From Planctomycetota bacterium (GTDB lineage Bacteria > Planctomycetota > GCA-002687715 > CAIWVZ01), in assembly GCA_044222185.1 (NCBI GenBank), contig JBGANV010000004.1:1-64000 (forward strand): a DNA stretch of 64,000 nucleotides. The letters run 5' to 3'. The position numbers were made by a program, and so were the translations under genes. The stretch's first letter is position 1. Each line of letters opens with the position of its first letter. This document shows, piece by piece, positions 10,908 to 21,566 of the stretch. The notes beneath the pieces are model-generated. The model had not been told where the DNA came from. It saw nothing but the letters and a program-made list of their open reading frames with translations, and did not search any database.

Positions 10908-10983
10908 GACGAGTCCCCGGCGGAACCACCGAACGTCGGCCGGCCCTGTACTGGCTCGCACTCGGCGGTAAGCTCGCCACGCC

Positions 10984-11979
10984 ATGTGGCAAGACTTGTC
11001 GAAAGTGATCGCGTTCGTTGGTTGGGTGGGCTGCATCTTGAGCGCGCACGATATCCCGAAACGTCCGGGCATTGCGGATTCCACGCGACGGATACCGATC
11101 GAGGCTCTCAAGCCCGATGCCGTGTTCCCCGTTGCCGGGACTCCCGATTGGCAGGTGATCGGCGACCACGTCTGGGTTTCGAACGACCCGAAGGGGACGG
11201 TCTCGAAGCTGGATCCGAAGTCGAACCAGGTCCTGGCCACGATCGACGTGGGCAAGGAACCCGGGGCCGGGCTCGCGCTCGGCTTTGGAAGCCTGTGGAT
11301 TCCCTGCTGTGGTGATTCCTGCATCGCCCGGCTGGATATCGCGACCGACAAGGTCGTCGCTCGTGTTCAAACTCCCATCGCCCACTCGGAGGGCGGCCTG
11401 GCCACGGGCGCCGACAGCGTCTGGGTCTTGAGCAATCCCAAGGGTGAACTGGCGCGCATCGACCCCGCGACCAATGCCGTCGTGGCCTGGATCCCCGTGG
11501 AGAAGGGCAGCTATGCGTGCGCGTTCGGCAAGGATGCCCTGTGGATCACGAGCACCGAGCGGAGCCTCCTGCAGAAGCTCGACCCGCGGCGCAACGTGAT
11601 CACGGAGCGCATCGCGGTGGGGAAGAACCCACGATTCCTCGCGATCGGTGAGGGCTCGGTATGGACCCTCAATCAGGGCGACGGCACGGTGACGCGCGTC
11701 GACATGGCCACGAACAAGGTCGTGGCGACGATCGCCTGTGGTCTGCCGGGCGGCGGCGGCGAGATCGCGGTGGGCGAGGGCTCGGTGTGGGTGACGCTCT
11801 TCGAGTACCCGCTCACGCGGATCGACCCGCGGACCAACGAGGTGGCGCAGCAGTTCTACGGTCCCGGCGGGGATGCCGTCCGCGTCGGGCACGGTTCCGT
11901 GTGGCTCTCGAACCTCCGGCAGGGGAACGTGTGGCGCCTCGATGCCCGGCGCATCGTGGCGACCCGCAAGCCGGAGTGA
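10984..11979 (+). CDS. Secreted YVTN/Vgb-like beta-propeller protein
   Basis: Repeated G.GS(V/L)W...V.RIDP.TN.V.A.I units; N-terminal signal-like segment. Confidence 0.85.
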   Translation: MWQDLSKVIAFVGWVGCILSAHDIPKRPGIADSTRRIPIEALKPDAVFPVAGTPDWQVIGDHVWVSNDPKGTVSKLDPKSNQVLATIDVGKEPGAGLALGFGSLWIPCCGDSCIARLDIATDKVVARVQTPIAHSEGGLATGADSVWVLSNPKGELARIDPATNAVVAWIPVEKGSYACAFGKDALWITSTERSLLQKLDPRRNVITERIAVGKNPRFLAIGEGSVWTLNQGDGTVTRVDMATNKVVATIACGLPGGGGEIAVGEGSVWVTLFEYPLTRIDPRTNEVAQQFYGPGGDAVRVGHGSVWLSNLRQGNVWRLDARRIVATRKPE

Positions 11980-12017
11980 TCGCGGTCGCCGGGGCCTCTT
12001 CGGACGGTCGGGGACCG

Positions 12018-13376
12018 TCAGTTCCCGATGTTGGATTGAGTGGCCTGCTGGATGATGGCGTTCGCGTCGGCAGGTAGCAGGAGCCGAAGAGCCTGCAGCC
12101 CCTGCGCATGCTGCGTGATCTGGGCCACGTAGGTCGCGTGGCTCGGGAACGTCGCCGTGCGATCGATGCGCCCCCCGGCGAGGGCGCGAAGCAAGCCGAG
12201 GAACGACCCGTCGTCGTAGGCCGGCGCGAACGGGATGTACGCGTTCTCGCCGATCGCAACGCACGGCAGCCGGTAGGCGATGGTGTTCACGGCCTGTCCA
12301 CCGACGCGCGTGACGAGAGCGTTGCCGTTGGCGTCTCGCAGAATCTGCGGAGAGTTGGGAGCACCAAGCCAGAGGCTTGGCGGAGGCGCAATCCCGTTGC
12401 ACCAGTCGAGGCCGGCAACGAAGAGGGCTCGGAAGAACGGAACCCAGTCCGCCGAGTTGGCGGTCTGCGGGTCCGGAAGTCCGAACTCCGCCACGTCGGT
12501 ATCGCGGATGTGCGACGCTCCAGCGAACTGATACACGCGGTAGTTCGGTGACTCGCGTCGCGTCTTGTGACCGTCGAATACGAGCACGTCCGTCTCCGAC
12601 TGGAAGTCGATCTCGAGTCCGGCGCCGGGCAGAGGGTCACGTTCGCGGGCGACGAACTCGACGCCATTTCCCGTGGGATTCGACATCCCGGACCCGGTTC
12701 CGCCCACCATCGAGAAGTCGAACAGGCCGACTCCGGCCTGCCGTCGCAGGAGCCCTCGCAGGCGGAACCCGGACGCCGAGTATCCGAACGCGACGCGCCG
12801 CTGGATGGGGCCCAGGATCTGCAGTGCAATCGGATCCGTCCTGAGCGCGTACTGGTACATCACGACGATGTCGAACTCGTCGCCTGCGGATGCGATGAAC
12901 TCCGATGTGGTATTGAGCAATCCATCGGACCACGGTCGCACCGGGTTGCTCACGGGTGACTGCCGTCCGATGCACAGCGGATCGCACCTCACGGTGGCGT
13001 AGGAGACTCCGCGGCCGAACAGAAATGCATCGGTGAGCGTGTAGCGCGCATCCGCCTGTTCCTGGCCGACGAGGGTCGGGATCGTACTCGCGACCAGCCA
13101 GTCGAAGAGAAGCACACCGGCACCCTGTGCGGGGTTCGCCGGAGCGATGATCTGGCAGGGCACGCGGAACGGCCGGTTCTTGGGCGTCGTCCCTTGGAAC
13201 ATCGCTTCGTAGCGCGTGTAGGGGACGCCCCCGAACGTGCCGTGAGGCGCTGAGACCAACGTGGTCGGGTCGATCTGTCCCTGGGGAGCGGGCTGAGCCC
13301 AGGCATGCCCGCATAGGACGACGGCCAGGGCAGGGACGACGAACGGCAGGAATGCAGAACTGCGCGACGATTGCAT
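12018..13376 (-). CDS. Secreted alpha/beta-hydrolase-domain protein
   Basis: Signal peptide ending HAWAQ; nucleophile elbow GYSASG; QSETD; YQFAGASH; C-terminal YVAQI...LLLPADA; RBS GAGGAG before ATG 13376. Confidence 0.8.
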   Translation of the reverse strand: MQSSRSSAFLPFVVPALAVVLCGHAWAQPAPQGQIDPTTLVSAPHGTFGGVPYTRYEAMFQGTTPKNRPFRVPCQIIAPANPAQGAGVLLFDWLVASTIPTLVGQEQADARYTLTDAFLFGRGVSYATVRCDPLCIGRQSPVSNPVRPWSDGLLNTTSEFIASAGDEFDIVVMYQYALRTDPIALQILGPIQRRVAFGYSASGFRLRGLLRRQAGVGLFDFSMVGGTGSGMSNPTGNGVEFVARERDPLPGAGLEIDFQSETDVLVFDGHKTRRESPNYRVYQFAGASHIRDTDVAEFGLPDPQTANSADWVPFFRALFVAGLDWCNGIAPPPSLWLGAPNSPQILRDANGNALVTRVGGQAVNTIAYRLPCVAIGENAYIPFAPAYDDGSFLGLLRALAGGRIDRTATFPSHATYVAQITQHAQGLQALRLLLPADANAIIQQATQSNIGN

Positions 13377-14020
13377 GGGGACTCCTCGGATTGCGGCCAT
13401 CGGGCCCGAGTGATGACGGAGAGGCGGCCGCAGCGGCCACCTCGGACACCAGGCCGTGCGCCGTCCGCGGCCTGGTCCCCTCATGCCCAGAAAAAAAATC
13501 GGCGACCGGCGGTCGGCCACGTCCGCGTATCGCCTTGGGTGGGCGAACCTCCGGGCTATTCCGCAGTCGCGCTCGACGCTTCCACGACCGCCGTCACGTC
13601 CGGCCGGATGAGACTGCCGAGGGGATCCACGGTCTCCGCCTCGATCCTGATCCGGAGCCGGCGGAGCAGACGCGCCTCCCGGGCGCACGCCTGGGCGATG
13701 AGCACGGCGCCCTCGGCCGGCGCTTGGGACCGGTGGCGCGATCGAACGAGATCCGTTCGAGCGACGAATCGACGCCCGTCGACGTGGAACGGGTCGCTCG
13801 GCGCACCACTGACGCGAGGGTATTCGTACCCCATCGGCTGCGTGAGAGGCCCAGCCGCGCGATTGAACCGGGCGCTCGGTGATCAGACGTCGGTCGGTGC
13901 GTCGGCGCGCGTCGGGTTGACCGGGGATGGGCACGGGCTCGACGGCCCCCGTCGCCTCGTTCCGCCGTTCACGAGACTTCGACCTACGAGACCCGCCCAA
14001 GACCGGGTATAGCTACGCCC

Positions 14021-15112
14021 ATGAGTCAGAAACCGCGAATCCTCACCGGCGACACGCCGACGGGCAAACTCCATCTCGGGCACTACGTCGGCAGCGTCGA
14101 GAACCGGGTCGCGCTCCAGGACGAGTACGATTGCTACTTCCTCATCGCGAACAAGCATGCGTTCACGACGCGCGCCGAGCGGCCGGCGGAGATTCGCCAG
14201 AGCGTGATCGACATCGCCACCGACTATCTGGCGGCGGGTATCGACCCGGAGCGCAGCACGATCGTCCTGCAGAGCGAAGTGCCGGCCATCGACGAGCTGA
14301 CCTTCTTCTTCTCCATGCTGCTCCCGTTCAACCGCGTCATGCGCAATCCGACGCTGAAGGACGAGATCCGCGACAAACAGCTGGGGGAGACGTACCCCTT
14401 CGGATTCCCGCTGTATGCGGTGGGACAGACGGCCGACATCCTGGCATTTCGCCCCGCGCTCGTGCCCGTGGGTGAGGATCAACTCCCGCACCTCGAGCTG
14501 ACTCGTGAGGTCGCCCGGCGGTTCGACCAGGTGTACTGCGGCGTGGATCCGCAAACGCCCGACGCCAACTACCTGAAGGCAGGCGGCCTCTTCCCCGTGA
14601 TCGAGGCCCGACTCGGGCGCGTCAAACGCCTCGTGGGCATCGGTCCCCCGGGGCCCGACGGCAACCTCCAGAAGATGAGCAAGTCGCTGAACAACGCCAT
14701 CTTCCTGTCCGACGACGCGGCAACGCTGAAGAAGAAGGTCATGGGCATGTACACCGACCCGAAGCGGTTGCGTGCCACCGACCCGGGCAACGCCAATCCG
14801 GCGGAAAATCCCCTTTGGGCACTGCAGGAGACGTTCAACCCCGACGCCAATTGGGTCAGCGAGCACCAAGAGCTCTATCGCCAGGGCAAGGTCGGCGACG
14901 TGGTGATCAAGCAGAAGCTGATCGAGGTGCTCAACGTCTTCCTCGATCCCATCCGCATGCGGCGTCAGCAATACGAGGCACGTCCGGACGACGTCATCGA
15001 CGTGCTGCGGGCCGGAACCCGACGCGCGAACGTCGTGGCCGAGGAGACGCTGACCCTGGCCAAGCGGGCGATGAAGCAGGACTTCTTCGCGAGGACGCTG
15101 ACGCTTCCCTGA
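14021..15112 (+). CDS. trpS: Tryptophanyl-tRNA synthetase
   Basis: ILTGDTPTGKLHLGH (HIGH motif), QTADIL, VPVGEDQ, KMSKS. Confidence 0.97.
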   Translation: MSQKPRILTGDTPTGKLHLGHYVGSVENRVALQDEYDCYFLIANKHAFTTRAERPAEIRQSVIDIATDYLAAGIDPERSTIVLQSEVPAIDELTFFFSMLLPFNRVMRNPTLKDEIRDKQLGETYPFGFPLYAVGQTADILAFRPALVPVGEDQLPHLELTREVARRFDQVYCGVDPQTPDANYLKAGGLFPVIEARLGRVKRLVGIGPPGPDGNLQKMSKSLNNAIFLSDDAATLKKKVMGMYTDPKRLRATDPGNANPAENPLWALQETFNPDANWVSEHQELYRQGKVGDVVIKQKLIEVLNVFLDPIRMRRQQYEARPDDVIDVLRAGTRRANVVAEETLTLAKRAMKQDFFARTLTLP

Positions 15113-15491
15113 CCCATGAACTCGCCGGGCCGACCCGGGGGTGGCGGCACGCGCCCGACGTGCGCGCATTCATCGCCCCGGCGGCTCAGGGGCCGGGACG
15201 GCTGTCGGCACCGCCGGTTCGCCGTTGGTGCGGCGCGGCGTTTGCTCCGTCGACTCCGTTCCCCCCTGACGTGCTGCACGTCGATCCAACCCGACCAAGA
15301 TTTTCCGAAACCCAACGCGGTCGCCACGGTTATCAATGCGCCTGCTTCAAGCTCCGGTCCAGAACTGCACCCAACCCGACAACGTCAAACCCATGGCACG
15401 GTGATCTGGTTGACTCGGCAGCGTCGGCAGTTTCCCTCCTCGCCGTTCGCGATCTTGTCCAACGCGTCATTCCGGCCGATCGGAAACTGAA

Positions 15492-17129
15492 ATGCTCGTC
15501 TCTTCGCGCGTCGCGCTTCGGCGCTCGCTCTCTGTCTGTTCCTGGATCGTCGTCTGTTCGGTCGGCCTGGGCCAGGCGCCGGGGGTGTCGCCTGGATTCC
15601 GCCTGCTCGACCCGGTGAACAGCACCACGACCTACCTCATCGACACCAACGGCGCCATCGTCCACTCGTGGCCGAGCGCGTATCTGCCGGGTGTTTCGGT
15701 TCGCATGCTGGACGACGGGTCGCTCTTGCGGTCGATCCGCACGGGGACCCTGCCCGACGCCAACATCGGCGGCACGGGCGGGGCGATCCAGCGCGTCGCG
15801 TTCGACGGCACCGTCCTTTGGGAATTCCACTACCAAGGCCCTGGCGTGATGAGTCATCACGACATCCACGGGATGCCGAACGGGAACGTCCTCATGATCG
15901 CGTGGGAGGACAAGACCGTGGCCCAGGCCATCGCCGCCGGGCGCAACCCCGCATTCATCGCCGGGAACGTATTCCGGCCCGACCACGTCATCGAAGTGCA
16001 GCCGACGCCGCCGCTCGGCGGCACGATCGTCTGGGAGTGGCACGCTTGGGATCACCTGATCCAGGACTTCGATCCCGCACGGGCCAACTTCGGTGTCGTG
16101 GCGGCCCATCCCGAGCTGATCGACATCAACCTCGCGCCTGATCCGGCCGTCGCGAACGACTGGAATCACGTCAACGGGATCGACTACGACCCGGCGCACG
16201 ATTGGATCGTTCTCAGCGCGCCGCGCCAGAACGAGGTCTGGATCCTGGATCACGGCACGACGACGGCGGAGGCGGCCGGCCACACGGGCGGTGCCCGAGG
16301 CAAGGGCGGTGATCTCCTCTATCGATGGGGGAATCCTCAGGCCTATGGCGCAGGAACGGCTGCCGCGCAGCAGCTCTTCTTCCAGCATGGTCCGCAGTTC
16401 ATCCCGCAGGGCTCGCCGGGAGCGGGGCATCTCCTCGTGTTCAACAACCAGGCGCCCGGTGGAACGTCCGTCGTGGAGCTGGCGCTTCCGCTGGATGCCG
16501 CCGGCAACTTCGTGCTCCTACCCGGCAGCGCGTTCGGCCCCGCGGCTCCGAGCTGGAGTTATTCGGCGCCTGGGTTCCAATCGAGTTTCGTGTCGAACGC
16601 CGAACGCCTGCCCAATGGAAACACGCTGATCTGCAGCGGCATGCAAGGTCGCATCTTCGAAGTGACGGCAGCGGGGCAGGAGGTCTGGAGCTACTCGGTT
16701 CTCGGGCCGGCTCCCGTCACGTTCCACGCGCACTACATCGAGCGTCGACTCTGGGCGAGCGAGAGCATGATCTCTTCGGCGACGGGCGGGAGCGTCGGCA
16801 TGCGCGTCGTCGCAGGCACCGACTTCGCCTGGGATGCGCACCTCTTGCTTGCATCGGCATCCGGTACGGCGCCTGGGATCGCCGTGAACGGGCAACTGTT
16901 GCCGCTGAATTACGACGACCTGCTGGTCTACACGTTCACGCAGCCCAACTCGGCGAACCTCGTGCAGACGTCCGGTTATCTCGGCTTCGTCGGCGAGGCT
17001 GCGTCGACCGTGATCATCCCGCCGGGGTTGCTCGGACTGAACTTCCACGTCGCCTATGCCGTGTTCGATTGGGCGACCGCCGCGGTCGTCGCCACGACGA
17101 ATGCGGTCCCGATCACGATCGGGCCGTGA
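15492..17129 (+). CDS. Aryl-sulfate sulfotransferase (ASST) family protein with shared C-terminal domain, secreted
   Basis: SHHDIHGMPNGN, DWNHVNGIDY, LLYRWGNP, QHGP, AERLPNGNTLI; signal peptide ending GLGQ; ends VPITIGP. Confidence 0.9.
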   Translation: MLVSSRVALRRSLSVCSWIVVCSVGLGQAPGVSPGFRLLDPVNSTTTYLIDTNGAIVHSWPSAYLPGVSVRMLDDGSLLRSIRTGTLPDANIGGTGGAIQRVAFDGTVLWEFHYQGPGVMSHHDIHGMPNGNVLMIAWEDKTVAQAIAAGRNPAFIAGNVFRPDHVIEVQPTPPLGGTIVWEWHAWDHLIQDFDPARANFGVVAAHPELIDINLAPDPAVANDWNHVNGIDYDPAHDWIVLSAPRQNEVWILDHGTTTAEAAGHTGGARGKGGDLLYRWGNPQAYGAGTAAAQQLFFQHGPQFIPQGSPGAGHLLVFNNQAPGGTSVVELALPLDAAGNFVLLPGSAFGPAAPSWSYSAPGFQSSFVSNAERLPNGNTLICSGMQGRIFEVTAAGQEVWSYSVLGPAPVTFHAHYIERRLWASESMISSATGGSVGMRVVAGTDFAWDAHLLLASASGTAPGIAVNGQLLPLNYDDLLVYTFTQPNSANLVQTSGYLGFVGEAASTVIIPPGLLGLNFHVAYAVFDWATAAVVATTNAVPITIGP

Positions 17130-17183
17130 TTCCACGCGGAGTGAGCATCTCGGGACTCGTGTGAACGCGGGAAGCTGAAAGAG

Positions 17184-17272
17184 GCCGGGTCGGAGCCCTG
17201 CCTTCGAGCCGGGTTGGAACCCGGCGTTCCGCGGACGGGGTGTGGCGAACGGAGCGCCGGCCTCCGGCCGGC
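17184..17272. repeat. Cluster of REP-like palindromes, same family as the 55182-55777 array
   Basis: GCCGGGTTGGAACCCGGCGTTCC (17208-17230), GGAGCGCCGGCCTCCGGCCGGC (17251-17272), and a degenerate copy at 17184-17205; lies between convergent genes. Confidence 0.75.
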
Positions 17273-17379
17273 CGGATCGCGAGGCCTCCGGACTCGCGTG
17301 AACGTGGGTGCCCGTTTCGGATTGGCGGAGGATCTGCGCGCGGTCGAGCGATCGACCACGCGCCCGCCTCCCGGCACTC

Positions 17380-17814
17380 TTACGGCCTGCTTTGCTTGCG
17401 ACGTGACGGCACGCGTCGCTCTCGGATGGGGCCGCTGTCGTAGGTGTGGGCGGCGGTCTCGGTCGGGGTGCCGCCTGGCGGCTCGGAGCGCAACAGCGCC
17501 TTGTCCTCGACGACCCCGCGAATCGTGAGAGACATGAGAGGCGGGTCGCGACCGGTCATGTCGCGCAGCGCCGCCCGGATTCGACGCCAGAAAGGCTGCC
17601 CCCCGCTGAGAAAGCAACCGGCCTCCGTGCAGCAGTACGACTGCCCCGTCGCGAAGCGGAGCTCGACCTCGATCTGCGCACCTGAAGGACTGACGGAGAG
17701 AATCCGAATGGTCGGTCCAAACGGAGAGACCTCCGCATCGAGCGCGAGCTCCAGAGCCTGGGCCCACATGCGGTCGACCGAGTAGTCATCTCGCGAACGG
17801 CGCCGTTCAGTCAT
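17380..17814 (-). CDS. Hypothetical protein with YCCxExGC motif
   Basis: Globular-looking composition (MWAQALELALD...IEVELRF..GQSYCCTEAGC); fills the gap between genes. Confidence 0.55.
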   Translation of the reverse strand: MTERRRSRDDYSVDRMWAQALELALDAEVSPFGPTIRILSVSPSGAQIEVELRFATGQSYCCTEAGCFLSGGQPFWRRIRAALRDMTGRDPPLMSLTIRGVVEDKALLRSEPPGGTPTETAAHTYDSGPIRERRVPSRRKQSRP

Positions 17815-18020
17815 GATCGGAATTGGCCGCCGCGCCTCAGTGGGCTCGGGCGGCAGCCAGGTGGCGATCCTACACGGAATCCCGAGGTGTCGCGGATCTG
17901 GCGATCGGTCGTCGCCCGCACCGGGGCCCGTGGCGGGCCGACTTGCACGGGATCGATCGTGTGAGGCCGGCGACCTGCGAGCCCGCGCCGAGCTCGCGGC
18001 TTTGGGCTTATCATCGGGCG

Positions 18021-18980
18021 ATGCTCCAATTCCTGATGGCGGCGGCCGCATCGCTCCTGCTCCTGATGTCGCGCCAGGTGGATGAGGGAACGGTTCCTCC
18101 GAGACCGATCGAAAACGAGACCCCGAAACCCCTGTTCGCCACCGGCTTCGAAGACGGCTTCAAGGGTTTCACGCGCCTCAACGACCGGATCTTCAGCATC
18201 GTCGACGATCCGGCGCTGGCGCACGCGGGCCGCGCGTGCGCCATGGCGACCGCGACGCGCGGGAAGGACACGGGCGGTGAGATCACGTGGCGACTGCCCA
18301 AGGGCGAGGACCAGGTCTTCGTGCGTTTCTACTGTCGCTTCCCGAACGACACCTGCTGGCCTCACCACTTCGTGAAACTGCGGGCGCTCGCGCCCGGCTT
18401 CAACGGCGACGCTGGCGTCGCGCCCCCCGGAGATCGTGGCTTTTGGACCGGCATCGAGCCGCTACGCGGCACCTGGCGGTTCTACACCTACTGGCACCAG
18501 ATGCGCGGTTGGAACAACCCGGGGCCGGACTCGCGCCTCAACGACGACGGCACGGAGAACACGGGGAAGAACGACTTCTACGGCAACAGCTTCACGCCCG
18601 ACGGCCAGCCGCCGGTCCCGAAGGACACGTGGATCTGCGTGGAGGCCATGCTGAAGGCCAACACCGTCGGCAAGGCCGACGGCGCGATGGCGTTCTGGAT
18701 CGATGGGAAGGAAGTGGGCCGCTATGGGCCCGGCGTCCCCACCGGCAGCTGGTGGCGAAACCTCTTCGTGACGTCCGGTCCTCACAACACGGACTCGCGT
18801 CCGTTTCGAGGATTCGAGTTCCGCACGTCGGCCGAGTTGAAGATCAACGAGATCGCGCTCCTCTGGTACGTCTCGGAGGAGTATGCGGCGAAGGGGACTG
18901 CGGAGAAGAACCGCGTCTACTTCGACGACGTGGCCGTTGCGACGAGCTACATCGGCCCGCTGGCGAAAGCGGCGAAGTGA
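18021..18980 (+). CDS. Secreted polysaccharide-lyase-like / concanavalin-A fold protein
   Basis: Signal peptide; FATGFEDG, VFVRFY..F, FYTYWHQM, WICVEAMLKANT...DG..AFWIDG, YFDDVAVATSYIGP. Confidence 0.75.
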   Translation: MLQFLMAAAASLLLLMSRQVDEGTVPPRPIENETPKPLFATGFEDGFKGFTRLNDRIFSIVDDPALAHAGRACAMATATRGKDTGGEITWRLPKGEDQVFVRFYCRFPNDTCWPHHFVKLRALAPGFNGDAGVAPPGDRGFWTGIEPLRGTWRFYTYWHQMRGWNNPGPDSRLNDDGTENTGKNDFYGNSFTPDGQPPVPKDTWICVEAMLKANTVGKADGAMAFWIDGKEVGRYGPGVPTGSWWRNLFVTSGPHNTDSRPFRGFEFRTSAELKINEIALLWYVSEEYAAKGTAEKNRVYFDDVAVATSYIGPLAKAAK

Positions 18981-18992
18981 CGCTCGCGAGAT

Positions 18993-21566
18993 CTAGAAAC
19001 CAAGCACGGTGATCGGCAGACGGTTCGTGAGTCGCGATTGCGTGACGTCGAAGGCCTGCGCGTACACCGTCACACCGACGAAACCGTTGCCGGTCGGCAC
19101 CGTCAGCGTGACGCTCCCGGTCCCGGCGCGCGGAGTGGGACCCGCTGCGAAATACCCGGTGCCGATCTGGAACGTCGTCGCGAGGTCCAGAAGGATCGTG
19201 CCCGACGGAGGAACCGGGATGTGCGAGGTCCCAGCTGCCAGGTACAGGCCCCAGAGATCCCCCGGCGTGCCGTAGAGATCAACCGTCAACGGCCGCCCGG
19301 GTCGCGCGAACTGGCCGATCGCGATCTGGCGCGTGCAGTTCGACAGCACGAGCGGGCCTTCGATGACCAGGTCGAGGTCCTGATCCTGATCGAAATCCGC
19401 GAGAGCGGTCACGCCACCGAAAACGCCGAAACTCCCCAGCGATTGAACGACCTCGATCGGAGCGAACGTCGCGTTGCCGATGTTCCTGTACGCGGCGCCA
19501 TGCGCAGTGACCACGTCCCTGTCGCCGTCCGCGTCGACGTCCATGATCCGAGACCCGAAAGGCAACGCGCCTGGCAGCGCCTGAGGCTGCAGAACGAACG
19601 TCCCATTCCCGTTGCCGAGATAGATGCCTGCGTCGACGATGACGTCCGCCAGGCCGTCGCCGTTCACGTCGCCGCACGCCGAGGTATAGCCCTGGCTCGG
19701 GAACGTCACGGGGTTGAACGTGGCCGGTCCGGTTCGCAGGTACACCACGCAATTGTCGGCGATGGCCTGCCCGTTCGGCCCGGCGAGGTAACCGTTCGTC
19801 TGGAACACGTCGTCCAGGCCGTCCCCGGTGAAGTCGGCGACGGCGAGGCTGACGGTTGCATGAAGCGTTCCGAGAGGGATCGGCGCCCCGAAGGTGTTCC
19901 CGCCGAGATTCAGCAGCATCTCGGCGACGGCACCCGCTGCCGGAGTCGAACCCTGCGGCGCCGTGATCAGATCGAGGTCCCCATCGCCGTCACAGTCGAG
20001 GGCGACGGCCGTCATTCGTCCCTGGGCGGATGGGTTCATCACGACCGTCGTGAAAGAGCTCCCCTGGTTGATGAGGAGGTGATCGGGCCCAAACAGCGAG
20101 CCCGGAACGCTCGGCGGGTAGGGCGCGTAGACGTCCGAGTCGCCGTCGCCATCGGCGTCGAACGGCACGATGAGCCCAGCGGTCGCAGGGAGAACCAGTG
20201 GAAGCGTCGCGGTCGGGCCCGGAGTGAAGTACGCGCTCCCGTCGTTGATGCCCGTGATCAGCCGCTGGGGGCTTCCGGAGTCGAGTCCCAGGATGTCGGG
20301 CACTCCATCTTGGTCGACGTTCCCGGCCGTGATCCAGCTCAGGGGCTGGATCTGCGCGACCGGATCCGGGAATCGCGTGAGGCTGCCGGCACCGGAATTC
20401 ATCAGAAGCTCCGGTCTCAGGTATCCGCTCGTCACGCAGACGAGGTCGCGATCGCCGTCGCCGTCCAAGTCGATCGGGCGCGGCCGGGTCGGCAGGCCGA
20501 CGCCGCCGCTGGTCGCGTACCCGACGAGGGTCTGGATCGGTGCGCCGACGACACCCGTCACGCTCACGGGGCGCACCGTCACCTGCGATGCGGCGGGCTG
20601 GTCATTGATGGCCGTGACGAGTTCGCCATGGCCGTCGCCGTTCACGTCCAGGACGAAGGCATCGTCGAAGCGTGGCAGGGACGTCACCGTGAACCCGCTC
20701 GGGGACGACAGCGGACCGAGCACGATGACCGCGGACGACGACGTCGTCGAGTCGATCTGGGTCACGACGACGTCCGGGATCGAATCGCCATTGAACTCGC
20801 CCACGTCGAGGCTCGAGACCCGAGCCGACGTCACGAGACTCGTGGAACCGATGGAGAACGTTCCGGCGGAGTTGTAGGCGACGGCGACCTGGAGTCCGCT
20901 GCCGCTGAAGTTGCCCTCGAACAGCGCGTCGAGATCACCGTCGCGATCCAGGTCCGAAAGCTGGACGTTCACGTACGGAAGTTCAGTGGCCGGCATGGCG
21001 CTCGCGACGTCCGCGAAAGCGCCGTTGCCCAGGCCGCGCCACGCGTGTGCAAACCCGTTCTGTGTCGTGCCGTTCACGTAGTGCGACGTCGTCACCACCA
21101 GGTCGATCAGCCCGTCGCCATCCACGTCACCGACGGCGATCGCGCGCGAGAGCGCCGTGATGGCGGGATTCCCCGAGGAAATCAGGGGCAGCGGCGTGGC
21201 CGGGAAGGTGAACGTCAAACCGGGCGTGTTGATGGCAACGACGACCTGAGCCGCCCCATCGATCCAGGCGAGGTCGTTCAGTCCGTCGCCCGTGAAGTCG
21301 GCCGCGACGACCGTCTGGACGTTGGTCTGTGCGATCGGCGAGGGGGCTCCGTTCAGCACGAAGCGCGCGGCCCCGTCGTTCAGGTAGATGCCCTCGGAGG
21401 TGAGGAGATCGACGTCGCCGTCACCATCGAGATCCGCGAGTGCACCGGCCGGCTGTACGACGCCGTCCAACGGGCGATCGAGAACACGGTAGATCGGAGT
21501 CTGCCCGAACGCCGTTGCGCAAAGGCATAGAGTCGCCCACGTCGAGATCCAATTGCAAAGCCGCAT
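18993..21566 (-). CDS. Secreted FG-GAP/VCBS repeat protein with shared C-terminal domain
   Basis: Many D(L/V/F)(D/N/T)GDG(D/L).D(L/V) Ca-binding repeats; signal peptide ending AFGQ; ends LTNRLPITVLGF. Confidence 0.92.
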   Translation of the reverse strand: MRLCNWISTWATLCLCATAFGQTPIYRVLDRPLDGVVQPAGALADLDGDGDVDLLTSEGIYLNDGAARFVLNGAPSPIAQTNVQTVVAADFTGDGLNDLAWIDGAAQVVVAINTPGLTFTFPATPLPLISSGNPAITALSRAIAVGDVDGDGLIDLVVTTSHYVNGTTQNGFAHAWRGLGNGAFADVASAMPATELPYVNVQLSDLDRDGDLDALFEGNFSGSGLQVAVAYNSAGTFSIGSTSLVTSARVSSLDVGEFNGDSIPDVVVTQIDSTTSSSAVIVLGPLSSPSGFTVTSLPRFDDAFVLDVNGDGHGELVTAINDQPAASQVTVRPVSVTGVVGAPIQTLVGYATSGGVGLPTRPRPIDLDGDGDRDLVCVTSGYLRPELLMNSGAGSLTRFPDPVAQIQPLSWITAGNVDQDGVPDILGLDSGSPQRLITGINDGSAYFTPGPTATLPLVLPATAGLIVPFDADGDGDSDVYAPYPPSVPGSLFGPDHLLINQGSSFTTVVMNPSAQGRMTAVALDCDGDGDLDLITAPQGSTPAAGAVAEMLLNLGGNTFGAPIPLGTLHATVSLAVADFTGDGLDDVFQTNGYLAGPNGQAIADNCVVYLRTGPATFNPVTFPSQGYTSACGDVNGDGLADVIVDAGIYLGNGNGTFVLQPQALPGALPFGSRIMDVDADGDRDVVTAHGAAYRNIGNATFAPIEVVQSLGSFGVFGGVTALADFDQDQDLDLVIEGPLVLSNCTRQIAIGQFARPGRPLTVDLYGTPGDLWGLYLAAGTSHIPVPPSGTILLDLATTFQIGTGYFAAGPTPRAGTGSVTLTVPTGNGFVGVTVYAQAFDVTQSRLTNRLPITVLGF

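Noticed and set aside
10908-11351. N-terminal extension of the cytochrome c ORF (and similar extensions at 5397-5987, 13377-14000, 49265-49624, 61987-62100)
   Set aside because: They overlap real opposite-strand genes or precede better starts that have an RBS or signal peptide.
13377-14020. T-box or attenuator upstream of trpS, or a small ORF at 13556-13834
   Set aside because: No T-box consensus or Trp-rich leader peptide seen; the small ORF has no recognisable motif.
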